From NCBI RefSeq assembly GCF_006345805.1, contig NC_043021.1, forward strand, positions 5,394,001 through 5,458,000: 64,000 nt of DNA. The letters are read 5' to 3'. A model generated the notes under the pieces. That model made no database searches. It saw only the letters and a list, made by a program, of their open reading frames with translations, and had not been told where the DNA came from. This DNA is from Octopus sinensis (Eukaryota). Positions 50,691 to 62,795 of the stretch are shown here, in pieces (position 1 is the stretch's first letter; each line of letters starts with the position of its first letter). A program made the position numbers and the translations under genes.

Positions 50691-51260
50691 TTATTCAGTG
50701 GATGTTAAGTGTTTGTCACATACTTTGATAAAATATGGTCTGATATGTGAACAACAAGAGCGCCAACAAAGAATGTCCTCTGTTTTGACAATGTTTCTTC
50801 CTTCAAAAATTGGGCACACCCTGGCATTCTTGGAATGCTTTTTTTTTTGTTTTTTTTTTTCATCATTTCAAGTTTGCAGATAATGCAAGCTTGCACGTAG
50901 GAGTGACTGTGTGGTAAGTAGTTTGCTTACCGACCACATGGTTCAGGGTTCAGTCCCACTACGTGGCACCTTGGGCAAGTGTTTTCTACTATTATACACT
51001 TGTGGTGATCAAAGCCTTGTTTCACCACTCTTTCTCCCACTCTTGAGTGAAAAACACCTAAAGCTCCACGAGGCTCCGGCAGGGGGTGGTGGCTATCCCT
51101 GCTGCACTCTTTCGCCACAACTTTCTCTCACTCTTTCTTCTGTTGGCCTGCTCGCTTAGCCAGCGGGGTGGCATCATTTGAAGGCTAAAACAATGCAAAG
51201 CGCATTGTGACCAGCGATGTGTAACAACATCTGATAGCCTGGTCGGTCACGGTGATCACG

Positions 51261-51305
<45 letters not shown>

Positions 51306-51873
51306 TTATTCAGTGGATGTTAAGTGTTTGTCACATACTTTGATAAAATATGGTCTGATATGTGAACAACAAGAGCGCCAACAAAGAATGTCCTCTGTTT
51401 TGACAATGTTTCTTCCTTCAAAAATTGGGCACACCCTGGCATTCTTGGAATGCTTTTTTTTTTTGTTTTTTTTTTTCATCATTTCAAGTTTGCAGATAAT
51501 GCAAGCTTGCACGTAGGAGTGACTGTGTGGTAAGTAGTTTGCTTACCGACCACATGGTTCAGGGTTCAGTCCCACTACGTGGCACCTTGGGCAAGTGTTT
51601 TCTACTATTATACACTGTGGTGATCAAAGCCTTGTTTCACCACTCTTTCTCCCACTCTTGAGTGAAAAACACCTAAAGCTCCACGAGGCTCCGGCAGGGG
51701 TGGTGGCTATCCCTGCTGCACTCTTTCGCCACAACTTTCTCTCACTCTTCTTCTGTTGGCCTGCTCGCTTAGCCAGCGGGGTGGCATCATTTGAAGGCTA
51801 AAACAATGCAAAGCGCATTGTGACCAGCGATGTGTAACAACATCTGATAGCCTGGTCGGTCACGGTGATCACG

Positions 51874-51924
<51 letters not shown>

Positions 51925-52484
51925 TCAGTGGATGTTAAGTGTTTGTCACATACTTTGATAAAATATGGTCTGATATGTGAACAACAAGAGCGCCAACAAA
52001 GAATGTCCTCTGTTTTGACAATGTTTCTTCCTTCAAAAATTGGGCACACCCTGGCATTCTTGGAATGCTTTTTTTTTTTGTTTTTTTTTTTCATCATTTC
52101 AAGTTTGCAGATAATGCAAGCTTGCACGTAGGAGTGACTGTGTGGTAAGTAGTTTGCTTACCGACCACATGGTTCAGGGTTCAGTCCCACTACGTGGCAC
52201 CTTGGGCAAGTGTTTTCTACTATTATACACTTGTGGTGATCAAAGCCTTGTTTCACCACTCTTTCTCCCACTCTTGAGTGAAAAACACCTAAAGCTCCAC
52301 GAGGCTCCGGCAGGGGTGGTGGCTATCCCTGCTGCACTCTTTCGCCACAACTTTCTCTCACTCTTTCTTCTGTTGGCCTGCTCGCTTAGCCAGCGGGGTG
52401 GCATCATTTGAAGGCTAAAACAATGCAAAGCGCATTGTGACCAGCGATGTGTAACAACATCTGATAGCCTGGTCGGTCACGGTG

Positions 52485-52486
<2 letters not shown>
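50691..52486. repeat. Near-identical tandem triplication (about 610-bp unit) delimited by (TA)n
   Basis: TTATTCAGTGGATGTTAAGT starts at about 50691, 51307 and 51921; each unit is unique sequence plus a SINE B head plus a SINE D body/tail. Confidence 0.95.
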
Positions 52487-52532
<46 letters not shown>

Positions 52533-52600
52533 TGATCACATAGAGGCTCCCTCATTGTCTTACATGATTGGATGGCTTTTCTTTATTGCTTTGTTTATGT

Positions 52601-52662
52601 CAGCTGATGAAGGGGTCCAATTCAAATGTTGCAAAGTTATGAGATCCCTCAAACCCATACTG
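52601..52662 (+). ncRNA. Degenerate hammerhead-like motif with canonical CUGAUGA
   Basis: CAG-CUGAUGA-AGGGGUC(25 nt)GAUCCCU-CAA-ACCCAU-A-CUG; G12 and stem III are mutated. Confidence 0.35.
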
Positions 52663-52730
52663 GGACGGGAAACCTATGTAAAACTTATATTTATGAAGAT
52701 ATATACATACACACAAAGCTACATGCTCAC

Positions 52731-52768
<38 letters not shown>

Positions 52769-53154
52769 TATGCATACACCAGCAAAAATATTTCTAATTT
52801 CTGAGGTTGTTTTTCTTCCTTTTCCTTTTTCCATTTTTTCCTCCCAATTTTTCCAAAACAAAAGTTCATTATGTTTCAAAAATCTGTTTTGTTTGGGTTT
52901 TCGGTTTTGTTGTTTGGGTTTCCTTCTTATTTTCCTTTGCTTTACCCACAGCTTATACACATGTATGTATATACATGGATACATGCAGCATTCACACAGA
53001 GAGAAACATATCTATTTTCTACACATTCATATCTTTAAACTCTCATGCATATTCATACCATATATATATACATACATACACATACACACACAATGTATGT
53101 ATGTGTGCATATTTAGTTTTTTACTTGTTTCATGGATAGGTATATATAATGCAT

Positions 53155-53340
53155 GCGTGGCGATTTTTTTCCCTCTGTCTTCCCTTGTGTGGATCTTTCG
53201 TTCTCCTATGTTTCCGACGAAGAGCTCCGCTCGAAACGTTAAACCCTCCTTCCCTTCTTTCCTGAGCGTCCAATAATACTATATTTGTTCCACGTCCTCG
53301 CGTTGTTGTGTTTTTTTGTGCTTTCTTGTTTGGATTAACT
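53155..53340 (+). mobile_element. Penelope-like terminal-repeat remnant
   Basis: Reverse complement of 10170-10370; ends in (TA)n. Confidence 0.7.
53210..53244 (+). ncRNA. Minimal type I hammerhead ribozyme motif (U4C core), intact
   Basis: GUUU-CCGACGA-A-GAGC UCC GCUC-GAA-ACGU-U-AAAC. Confidence 0.68.
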
Positions 53341-53541
53341 ATATATATACATATATATATGTATATAAATTAGAGAAGAACCACCATGTAGCAATTCAAC
53401 AAATGATATACTTAAATCATACCATATAGAAAAAATTTAAAGATATGATAAAACATTTACCTAGAACTAAATAAGGTATGAAATAATAAATAAATAGTAT
53501 ATAATTAGTAATATATATATGTATATATATATGTGTGTGTG

Positions 53542-53589
<48 letters not shown>

Positions 53590-54104
53590 AGAGAGAGAAA
53601 AAGTGCAGGAAACCAGTGCAGGATTGTCTTTGTAAAGGCAAACTTAAATACTTCTGTGTGTGTGTGTGTGTGTGAGTGACTGACTGACTGACTATGTACA
53701 CATGCAAACACTTGTGTGTGTTTGTTCTCTGTCACAGAAATATTTTTGTCTTTAGACACCAATGTTCAGAAATGTGTGTGTGAATTGTTGTTTACAAGGC
53801 AAACATTACTTGGTGAATAAGTTATTGTCTCATATTTGGAATAACTGGAATAGGAACTAGTCATCTACTTATGGAGCCGATGTCACAAGACTTTGGGGGA
53901 TGTGTGTGGGGGTGTTATTGGGAAGGATAGAGGGAGTGGGGGAAGCAATAGATGAAAATGAGGGTGACAGATAGAAGGATAGATAGATAGAAATGAGAGA
54001 GAGTGGTAGAGAGAGAGGGGATGAAAAAATTCAGATGGTAATGGGAGACCAGGATATAGAAATGAGGGAAACATAAATATATAAAAAAGGATAAACATCA
54101 ACAA

Positions 54105-54112
54105 ACATATGT

Positions 54113-54183
<71 letters not shown>

Positions 54184-54460
54184 TGTATGCATACATGTAT
54201 ATATAGGTTTGGTGATGTAAATGGGAAAATTGAACTCAAAATGTGTGTGTGTCTGTGTGTGTTTATCTATATATATATATATGTATATATATTTGTGTGT
54301 GTATATATATATATATGTATGTATATGTATATATATTTGTGTGTGTGTATATATATATATATATGTATGTGTGTATATATATATGTATATATATTTGTGT
54401 GTGTGTGTGTATATATATGTATATATGTTTGTTTGTGTGTGTGTATATATATATATATAT
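54105..54460. repeat. (TG)n/(TA)n microsatellite field
   Basis: Simple repeats. Confidence 0.95.
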
Positions 54461-54958
54461 ATCATCATTAATAATCAGCTGAATTATATATATACATATA
54501 ATCTCCTTGGTATAAAGCCAGCTTGATAAGTGCCAAGGCTTGAAACTCTTAGCCCTTGCATTGCATTTCTGCTAATTAATGTTCATGTGTGAGTGTGTGT
54601 GTATATGTATGTGTTTATTTGTTTATTTATTTATTATTATCATCATCATCATCATCATCTGAGTGGAAATTCTCCCAAGGTTGACTTTGCCTTTCATCCT
54701 TTCGGGGTTGATGCAATAACTACCGGTTGAATACTGGGGTTGATGTAACTGAGCATCCCTCCCCCCTAATATTTCAGGATTTGCGCCTCTAGTAGAAAGG
54801 ATTAGTATTATTATTATCTTTGTGGAGGGCATCCAGCCGTAGAAGCACTGCTAGATCAGACTGGAGCCTGGCACAGTCTCCTGGCTTCCCAGACTCTGGT
54901 CGAACCGTCCAACCCATGCTAGCATGGAAAACAGACGTTGAACGATAATGATGATGTC

Positions 54959-54994
<36 letters not shown>

Positions 54995-55076
54995 GCACAT
55001 ATATATATACATGCGTATATATATGATATATATATTATACATATATATATATACATATATATATACATATATATAA

Positions 55077-55307
55077 AGGCGGCGAGCTGGTAGAAACGTT
55101 AGCACGCCGGGCGAAATTCGTAGCCGTATTTCGTCTGTCGTTACGTTCCGAGTTCAAATTCCGCCGAGGTCGACTTTGCCTTTCATCCTTTCGGGGTCGA
55201 TAAATTAAGTACCAGTTACGCACTGGGGTCGATGTTGTCGACTTAATCCCTTTGTCTGTCCTTGTTTGTCCCCTCTGTGTTTAGCCCCTTGTGGGTAGTA
55301 AAGAAAT
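55077..55307 (+). mobile_element. SINE family A monomer in (TA)n
   Basis: Full head to AAAGAAATA. Confidence 0.9.
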
Positions 55308-55465
55308 ATATATATACATGCATATACATATTTGTATACACATTTATATATACATATATATATATATACATACATATATATATATATATGTATATATATA
55401 TGAATACATATAAATATATATATGAATACATATAAATATATATGTGAATACATATAAATATATAT

Positions 55466-55512
<47 letters not shown>

Positions 55513-56973
55513 ATATATAGATATATAGATAATAGGCACAGGAGTGGCTGTGTGGTAAGTAGCTTGCTTACCAACCACATGGTTCCGGGTTCAGTACCAC
55601 TGCATGGCACCTTGAGCAAATATCGTCTTAGGGAAGAGAAATCTGCAACTTATTACTTAGTTGCCCACAAATATCAAGCTTGTATTTGGAAAATGTGCAC
55701 GCAAGCACACACACACACACACACATATACAGAATTTTGTCTAGAGAGAACAACACTGGCAATTACTTTATGACTTGTAGTAGGCATGAGTCTTCAGGAT
55801 TACTATTTAACCCTGGGCCAGCTCCGATCCAACGGACATATATGATCTACGATTTTTTCAGCAAAGACCATCATGCCTTGTTTTTGCAGCTAGATACACA
55901 AGTCCATGTTACACAATGTGGTTGTTTATCCCTCCTGTTTGAAGAGCAGCAAGATGTGATAAAAGTTAAATTTAGCTGCTGTTTCTGGCATATTGAAAGG
56001 GCATGTAGAGAACACATACACACGTACACACACGACAACCTTCTACACATTTTGTGTCTACCAGATTCATTCACAAGAAATTGGTCAGCCAAGGCTATAA
56101 CAGAAGAGACTTGCACTTTGAGATTGAACCCCAAAGTCACGTGGTTGCAAAGCCGTGCCATGAAAACGTTTTGTAGAAGAATAAATAAAAAAAGATTTTA
56201 AAATAAATATTCAATCCTTCTTTCCAAGTTAAAACTTATTCCCATGGAATGGTGGTGGTGAATGAAAAACGAATCTGGACTAGTTTAGGGTGAATGCTGA
56301 GAAGGAAGATGATGGGGGGAAATAGTCTAGACAAATAGCATTCCATTCCAGGAGATAAATCTCAAGAAAACCAGATGGTTTCGTTTATAAATTTAAAATA
56401 TAAAAAAAAAATTATGTATATAGTCATATAAGAGTTATCTCCCCTAGATCGAGTTCGCATTTCACGTCGAGGCAGATTAAAGAATACAAGTTATCTCCCT
56501 TAGGTATACCTGGTGTAGCGATTTCACATAACCCCCTCATAACTTAATTCCATGTTAATTAAAATGGTGTTTGGATTATCAGGATGTAAGATATAGATTT
56601 CAGATTTCTCTTCAATGGTAAACTGGATAGTATTGCCACGATTTCATACAAATCCTTCAAAACATTTTATAGTGTTGGTAATGGTAGTAGTGGTTATGGT
56701 AGTAATAGTAGAAATATTGGTGGTGATAGCAATAGTAGTAGTAGTAATATTGACGGTTGTGGTGGTGGTAGTAGTGTGTGAAAATAAAGGCTAATTCTCG
56801 GGCATGATATGAAATCGAGTTCAGATTATCTAAAGGTAGCTTGAAACAGTAGATAGCACGAAGTCTTTCTTTTACACTGGCCGCTGTGGTCTGTAACCAA
56901 GTTCTTTAACCTCACTGCTACTGTGACTCATAAAGTTCGTTCATCGTTGTCGACGATGACCAAAGACATCATA

Positions 56974-57484
56974 TCTATATATATAAAACTGTAGTTGTGT
57001 GAGTGTCTGTCCCCTTCGATTTAGATTCCTAACTACTCCCACATTTTGCGGTGCAGTTTAACCAAATTCGGGTATCTTATAGTCGTGATTCATATCGAGC
57101 CCGTCTGAGTATTAGCGCGCGTCTACGATGAGTCTACGATTTTAAAAATAATTTAACATCATTTTTTATTCCATTTTTAATGCATAATTTTCGTGTGTCG
57201 ATGGCGGCGGAGTTGGCGTCCATGTCACACCTGCACCTGTTTGCTTCTCCCCCTTTTTCCCTCCCTCGTGAAGCTGTGGGAAGGGAGTGTAAGGAAATCA
57301 ACGTCGTAAAGCGTTATCAAGGAGACCAGCGTTCTATTAGAACAACGACTTCATGGCTTGAAGACACCAAAACAGAAATGGCTAAGAAAGCCCGTATTGG
57401 CATCTATAAGGGAAGTAACTCTCTAAAAATGCTTATATAGTTATTTCCCTTACAAACCCGAGCAACGCCGGGCGATACTGCTAG
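56974..57484 (+). mobile_element. Non-autonomous Helitron
   Basis: A|TCTATATATATAAAA 5' end; 3' hairpin CCCGAGCAACGCCGGG (57457-57472), then CTAG|T. Confidence 0.88.
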
Positions 57485-57485
57485 T

Positions 57486-57839
57486 TTTTATATATAAAAG
57501 TAAGGTTGTGTGTCTGTCTACTCTGATTTAGATTCCTAACTACTCCCACATTTTGCGGTGCAGTTTAACCAAAAGCTGGGTATTAGCGCGCGTCTACGAT
57601 GAGTCTACGATTTTAAAAATAATTTACCATCATTTTTTCCCATTTTAATGCATATTTTTTTAAATAAAGGGAAATAACTCTAAAAATGTCTACGATGAGT
57701 CAACGATTTAAAAAAAAATTTAACAATTTTTTTTCCATTTTTAATGCATTTTTTTGCTAATTTTTGGCTATAACTCACTAAAAATGCTTATATAGTTATT
57801 TCCCTTACAAACCCGAGCAACGCCGGGCGATACTGCTAG
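57486..57839 (+). mobile_element. Second non-autonomous Helitron in head-to-tail tandem (internally deleted variant)
   Basis: Shares GATTTAGATTCCTAACTACTCCCACATTTTGCGG and an identical 3' hairpin (57812-57827) plus CTAG|T. Confidence 0.88.
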
Positions 57840-58024
57840 TGTGATATGAAAATGTCTCCTCAAGTCTTGAGAATCTTTTTGGGGATTCTAGTGGAACACA
57901 GGATTGTACTTTTGCTCCAGGTTGACAATCCCAATCTTAATTCCAATATCTTTCTATCTCTATAAGCAAATGATTGTCCATTGTATTACACACTGGAGTG
58001 TGTGTGTGTGTGTGTGTACACATA

Positions 58025-58234
58025 TACTCTTTACTCTTTTACTTGTTTCAGTCATTTGACTGCGGCCATGCTGGAGCACCGCCTTTAGTCAAGCAACTCA
58101 ACCCCGAGACTTATCCTTTTGTAAGCCCAGTACTTATTCTATCGGTCTCTTTTGCCGAACCGCTAAGTGACGGGGACGTAAACACACCAGCATCGATCGT
58201 CAAGCAATGCTAGGGGGACAAACACAGACACACA

Positions 58235-58275
<41 letters not shown>

Positions 58276-58430
58276 CATATATACGACAGGCTTCTTTCAG
58301 TTTCCGTCTACCAAATCCACTCACAAGGCATTGGTTGACCCGGGGCTATAGCAGAAGACACTTGCCCAAGATGCCACGCAGTGGGACTGAACCCGGAACC
58401 ATGTGGTTGGTTAGCAAGCTACTTACCACA
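58025..58430 (-). mobile_element. SINE family B, full length
   Basis: Reverse complement of the family consensus. Confidence 0.9.
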
Positions 58431-58514
58431 CACACATACACATACAGGGTGTTTGGGTTAATTTTGATGATTTCTCATGTTTCCCTTTTTTTCTTTTTCT
58501 TTTTGAAAAGCTTA

Positions 58515-58928
58515 GGATCTTTTCGGTTGAACGGCAGTTTTTTCTAGCGGTGTCATATGAAATTGTCACCCATAATTATGACCCTAGAATCGATCTATTG
58601 CATTTCAATCTCTTTTAGGGTTAGGGTTATGGAGAAGGGTATCTCTTTTTTCTTCACAAATGTAAATAAATCCAATCTGTTTCTTAAATGAGGGACTTAT
58701 TCATTTGGCACAGAATGCTTTTTAACTCAATAGACGTCATTGATTGGTTGAAATTGCAGAAATATAAGAAAAAAAAAACAACAAATATCTTACAAACCAT
58801 AGAATTTTCCCAATTAAGCCAAGAGAAAAAGATGTTTTATAAACACACTCTACCAGTATACGAAGTTTAAAAGTGTTTAGTTACGTGGAAATTATTTTAA
58901 AAAACTGCCGTTCAAACCGAAAAGACCC
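58515..58928 (-). mobile_element. Merlin-like MITE, full length, no TSD detected
   Basis: Both TIRs present; reverse orientation relative to the 45552 copy. Confidence 0.85.
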
Positions 58929-58948
58929 CCAGATTGGAAGCTATCTGA

Positions 58949-59015
58949 ATATTGGAAAAGTGTTACCTGTATATCAAAATGCTGACATGATACAGGCAAG
59001 TCTTTTCCAATATTC
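58949..59015 (+). ncRNA. Candidate pre-miRNA hairpin
   Basis: 18-bp perfect stem ATCTGAATATTGGAAAAG / CTTTTCCAATATTCAGAT extended by an imperfect upper stem, an 11-nt loop and a wobble basal stem. Confidence 0.4.
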
Positions 59016-59177
59016 AGATGGTTTTTCAGTCTTCCATGTCAGCTGATTTCTTCTCAACAACAGCAACATGAATCTTTATGCCCTCCAACGCCATCGACCG
59101 TTCACCAATGTCTGAAGTTGTTCCGGAACAAAAAAAAAATGGAGACAAGAACTCATCAAATTTATCCCAAACACCAT

Positions 59178-59200
59178 CTGTCTGTCTGTCTGTCTGTGTC

Positions 59201-59245
<45 letters not shown>

Positions 59246-59284
59246 GTCTGTCTGTGTCTGTCTGTCTGTGTCTGTCTGTCTCTG

Positions 59285-59323
<39 letters not shown>

Positions 59324-59390
59324 GTCTCTGTCTGTCTGTCTGTCTCTGTCTGTCTGTCTCACTGTCTGTCTGTCTGTCTGTCTGTCTGTC
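59178..59390. repeat. (TGTC)n microsatellite
   Basis: About 210 bp of degenerate tetranucleotide repeat. Confidence 0.95.
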
Positions 59391-59399
59391 GTTTGCGTT

Positions 59400-59440
59400 T
59401 GCGCACGCGCGCTCTAAGCGATTTAGAAAACCATGGTAAC
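59400..59440. promoter_or_regulatory. Candidate promoter motifs (NRF1-type site and partial RFX X-box)
   Basis: TGCGCACGCGCG at 59400-59411 equals the YGCGCAYGCGCR consensus; CCATGGTAAC at 59431-59440; surrounding unique DNA retains CpG. Confidence 0.35.
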
Positions 59441-60193
59441 GTAGCTGAGGAGAGAGATTCAATATAAACCAGAACGAAGCTTAACTTTACCTAATGTGTG
59501 TGCGTGTGTGTGAGGCTTCACCCTCAAAGTTTCCGAGCTAAAGCCTTTAAGCTAATGAATCCCATATGTTGCGCATTCCCGTTGAGATCATAACATGTTT
59601 AAATCTATTTACATGTATCGGATTTAATATGATATAATTTAGTTAGTCGGTCTCTTTACACCCCGTAAGTTCCGCCTCAGCACATCTAAATTATATTAAC
59701 GATACGCGCACACCTGATTTTACTGGCTTTTTTTCATTTTTAATGTAAGGGAAATAACTCTGTATTTACTTGACTTCCACATTCAGAACGTATGTGTGTG
59801 TGCGCCGGGTGGAAAAGGACGTGTTATTCGGGTGCCGTTGTAAACCCTTTCTCATAATATTACGTGTATATTCTTTACAGTTACGTATATACGTTTTTTG
59901 TTACCCTACATTGCTGAATCACCCATATTATCATATATAGAACATTCAAAATGTGAAAAGACCCTGAAAGTCGTATATATATATATATATATATATATAT
60001 TTTTACACATCATCTTCCTGATAATTTTAATGTTCACTTTTCCCACATTGCATGGATCGAACGAAATTTACTGGGACAGATTTTCTACGGCCCTTCCTGT
60101 CGCAAACACTTATTAATTTCCAAGTAGGATAATATTTCCCCCATGGCTAGACATATTGAGAAATATTGGAAACTAGTAGACATACTAGTTTAT

Positions 60194-60482
60194 AGGCGTA
60201 GGAGTGACTGTATGGTAAGTAGCTTGCTTACCAACCACATGGTTCTGGGTTCAGTCCCACTGCGTGGCACCTTGGGCAAGTGTCTTCTATTATAGCCTCG
60301 GGCCAACCAGAACCTTGTGAGTGGATTTGGTAGAAAGAAACTGAAAGAAACCTTTCGTGTGTGTGTGTATGTATGTTTGTGTGTCTGTGTTTGTCCCCCC
60401 AACATCGCTTGACAACCGATGCTGGTGTGTTTATGGCCCCGTAACTTAGCGATTCAGCAAAAAGAGACCGATAGAATAAGCC
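60194..60482 (+). mobile_element. SINE family B, 3'-truncated
   Basis: Head through GATAGAATAAG. Confidence 0.88.
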
Positions 60483-60694
60483 AAAATTAGATAGAATACA
60501 TCACTGGTAGAAATTTTTTTAATTTCCAGAAGTTGATAGTCAAAGTTTACTAAAGTAGGATTTGAACTCATAAACCTGTTTTATGGATTAGAATCTGTAA
60601 AGTATCACTACTGTAACTGAATATATATACTTGAGTTATGTATAACTAAATGAATGCAAAATTGTTTATTTGAAAGCTTTAGTTGTGGAAAATA

Positions 60695-61068
60695 GGTGGA
60701 GGCCCAGTGGTTAGGGCAGCGGACTCACGGTCATAGGATCGCGGTTTCGATTCCCAGACCGGGCGTTGTGAGTGTTTATTGAGCGAAAACACCTAAAAGT
60801 TCCACGAGACTCCGGCAGGGATGGTGGTGATCCCTGCTGTACTCTTTCACCACAACTTTCTCTCACTCTTTCTTCCTGTTTCTGTTGTACCTGTATTTCA
60901 AGGGGCCGGCCTTGTCACTCTCTGTGTCACGCTGAATATCCCCGAGAACTACGTTAAGGGTGCACATGTCTGTGGAGTGCTCAGCCACTTACACGTTAAT
61001 TTCATGAGCAGGCTGTTCTGTTGATTCGGATCAACTGGAACCCTCATCGTCGTAACTGACGGAGTGCT
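60695..61068 (+). mobile_element. SINE family D head with tail type D2
   Basis: Same head and body as the 26330 copy up to CTCTCACTCTTTCTT (about 60874), then an unrelated tail. Confidence 0.85.
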
Positions 61069-61413
61069 TCCACCACACAGCTGTGGAAATTACAGATGAT
61101 CCTATTGTTTTCTTAACCCTTTTACTACAGAAATTAGAGACATTCACTCAAAATTTCATTATCCTTAACTGTGGAAAGCAATTTTATAACCAACCTATTT
61201 CATACTTGCACCCACACATAAATATAAGTAGAAACAAATACATCACACACACACACACACATGTACTTTTACATAAAGATAATCTTGTATGGACCCCCTT
61301 CTCCTCTTTGGAACTGTCCCCTTTACAATGATATTTCCACAAAAACAATTGCCCCACAATAAGCCAGATATGGTTGATTTACATGCTAAAGGGTTAATAT
61401 TGATGGTTTAGAA

Positions 61414-61615
61414 CAGTGCTTTTCAAACTTTTTGCTGGAGCGGAACCCCAAGGGAAACATTCCACTGGCTCGAGGAACCCCTGTGCAATAATTTAATAGT
61501 CTTATGCACATATATCTGCACAGGAAAATTAAAAATTACTGCCGAATTTAGCAGTTTTGTAACTTCTTGCGGAACCCCTGGACTGTACTGGCGGAACCCT
61601 GGTTGAAAACCACTG
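61414..61615. mobile_element. hAT (Charlie-type) MITE, 202 bp
   Basis: TIR CAGTGCTTTTCAAAC / GGTTGAAAACCACTG, subterminal GCGGAACCC motifs, 8-bp TSD GTTTAGAA at 61406-61413 and 61616-61623 (close to the NTCTAGAN preference). Confidence 0.9.
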
Positions 61616-62028
61616 GTTTAGAACATAAAATGCTAGCAGCTGAAAAACTCTGTTTGGAGATATGTACAAACATATTTCATATCTGTGTGGATAGAGTCCT
61701 TCAAAGTTAGGGAGTTTTTATCAAGGACATAGAACAGTAAGAATCTTATTTTGTGTTGGCCCCTTCTTTTTGTTCCCCCTTTTCTAAGGTGCAGGCTTTT
61801 AAAACTGTAGAAACTCTGCCAATGTATGCCTCTTGACTTACTTATTAAAGGGTCTTCTACATAAGCAGGACCACCCTAAAACTGAAAAAACAGATCAGGT
61901 TTACTATTCTGGAATCTGCTGTTCATTTCTTTACTGAACTGGCATTGTTCCAACTCGTAAACATACTGATGTACATACACATATACAAATGCACGCATAC
62001 ACATTGTCACCCACCCTCTCTCTCTCTC

Positions 62029-62118
<90 letters not shown>

Positions 62119-62501
62119 ATACTTGCATAGACAGACATGTACACACATTTTGACATACATTCACGCATAAAACTGAGCATCTCTTGTTCATACACAGATG
62201 CCAGGTGCACTAATCCGCAAACAGGTATATGCTTCCACACACACACACACCACACACACACACACATAACTTCATAAACAAACACACCAATCACCAAAAC
62301 ATGTACATCCACACATCCAGGCACAAAGATGCAGATGCCTACAGACTCATGGAAACACCCACGCATAAACGTGAACGCATAACCAGACAGGGGAAAACAT
62401 ATCACAAACAAACACACATGTCCAGATACACAAATACATCCACACACATGCACAGGACATATCACAAAATCACACACAGCCATACATATATGCACACATT
62501 C

Positions 62502-62716
62502 ACCTGGGTTACGACGATCAAGGAGGACCTCTCCGTGCTCACGGGACCACAGGTGGTCAGCCTGCACCGATGGGACCGTGACTGGCTCGCTATCTCCAGT
62601 GAACTGGCGCAGGACTGTCGTGCGTGGGCTGCCATGGTTCGAGATGCCTCAAGGGTGGTAGAAGAAGCAGACTCAACCCAAACCAGGGTGAATGTCGCCA
62701 CAAGTACAATTAAGTA
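62502..62716 (+). mobile_element. 3' end of a second RTE-clade LINE family
   Basis: TWVTTIKEDLSVLTGPQVVSLHRWDRDWLAISSELAQDCRAWAAMVRD followed by a CAAGTA-type tail. Confidence 0.75.
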
Positions 62717-62795
62717 GTACACATTCACATGTAGTCTCCTCCATCCACACATTGATGATGTGTACTTCCACACTAAGAAACACACATACACAGAC

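Noticed and set aside
59030-59180. Minus-strand peptide [22 protein letters not shown]
   Set aside because: It stops before the donor-like site, is 22 aa long and has no recognisable homology.
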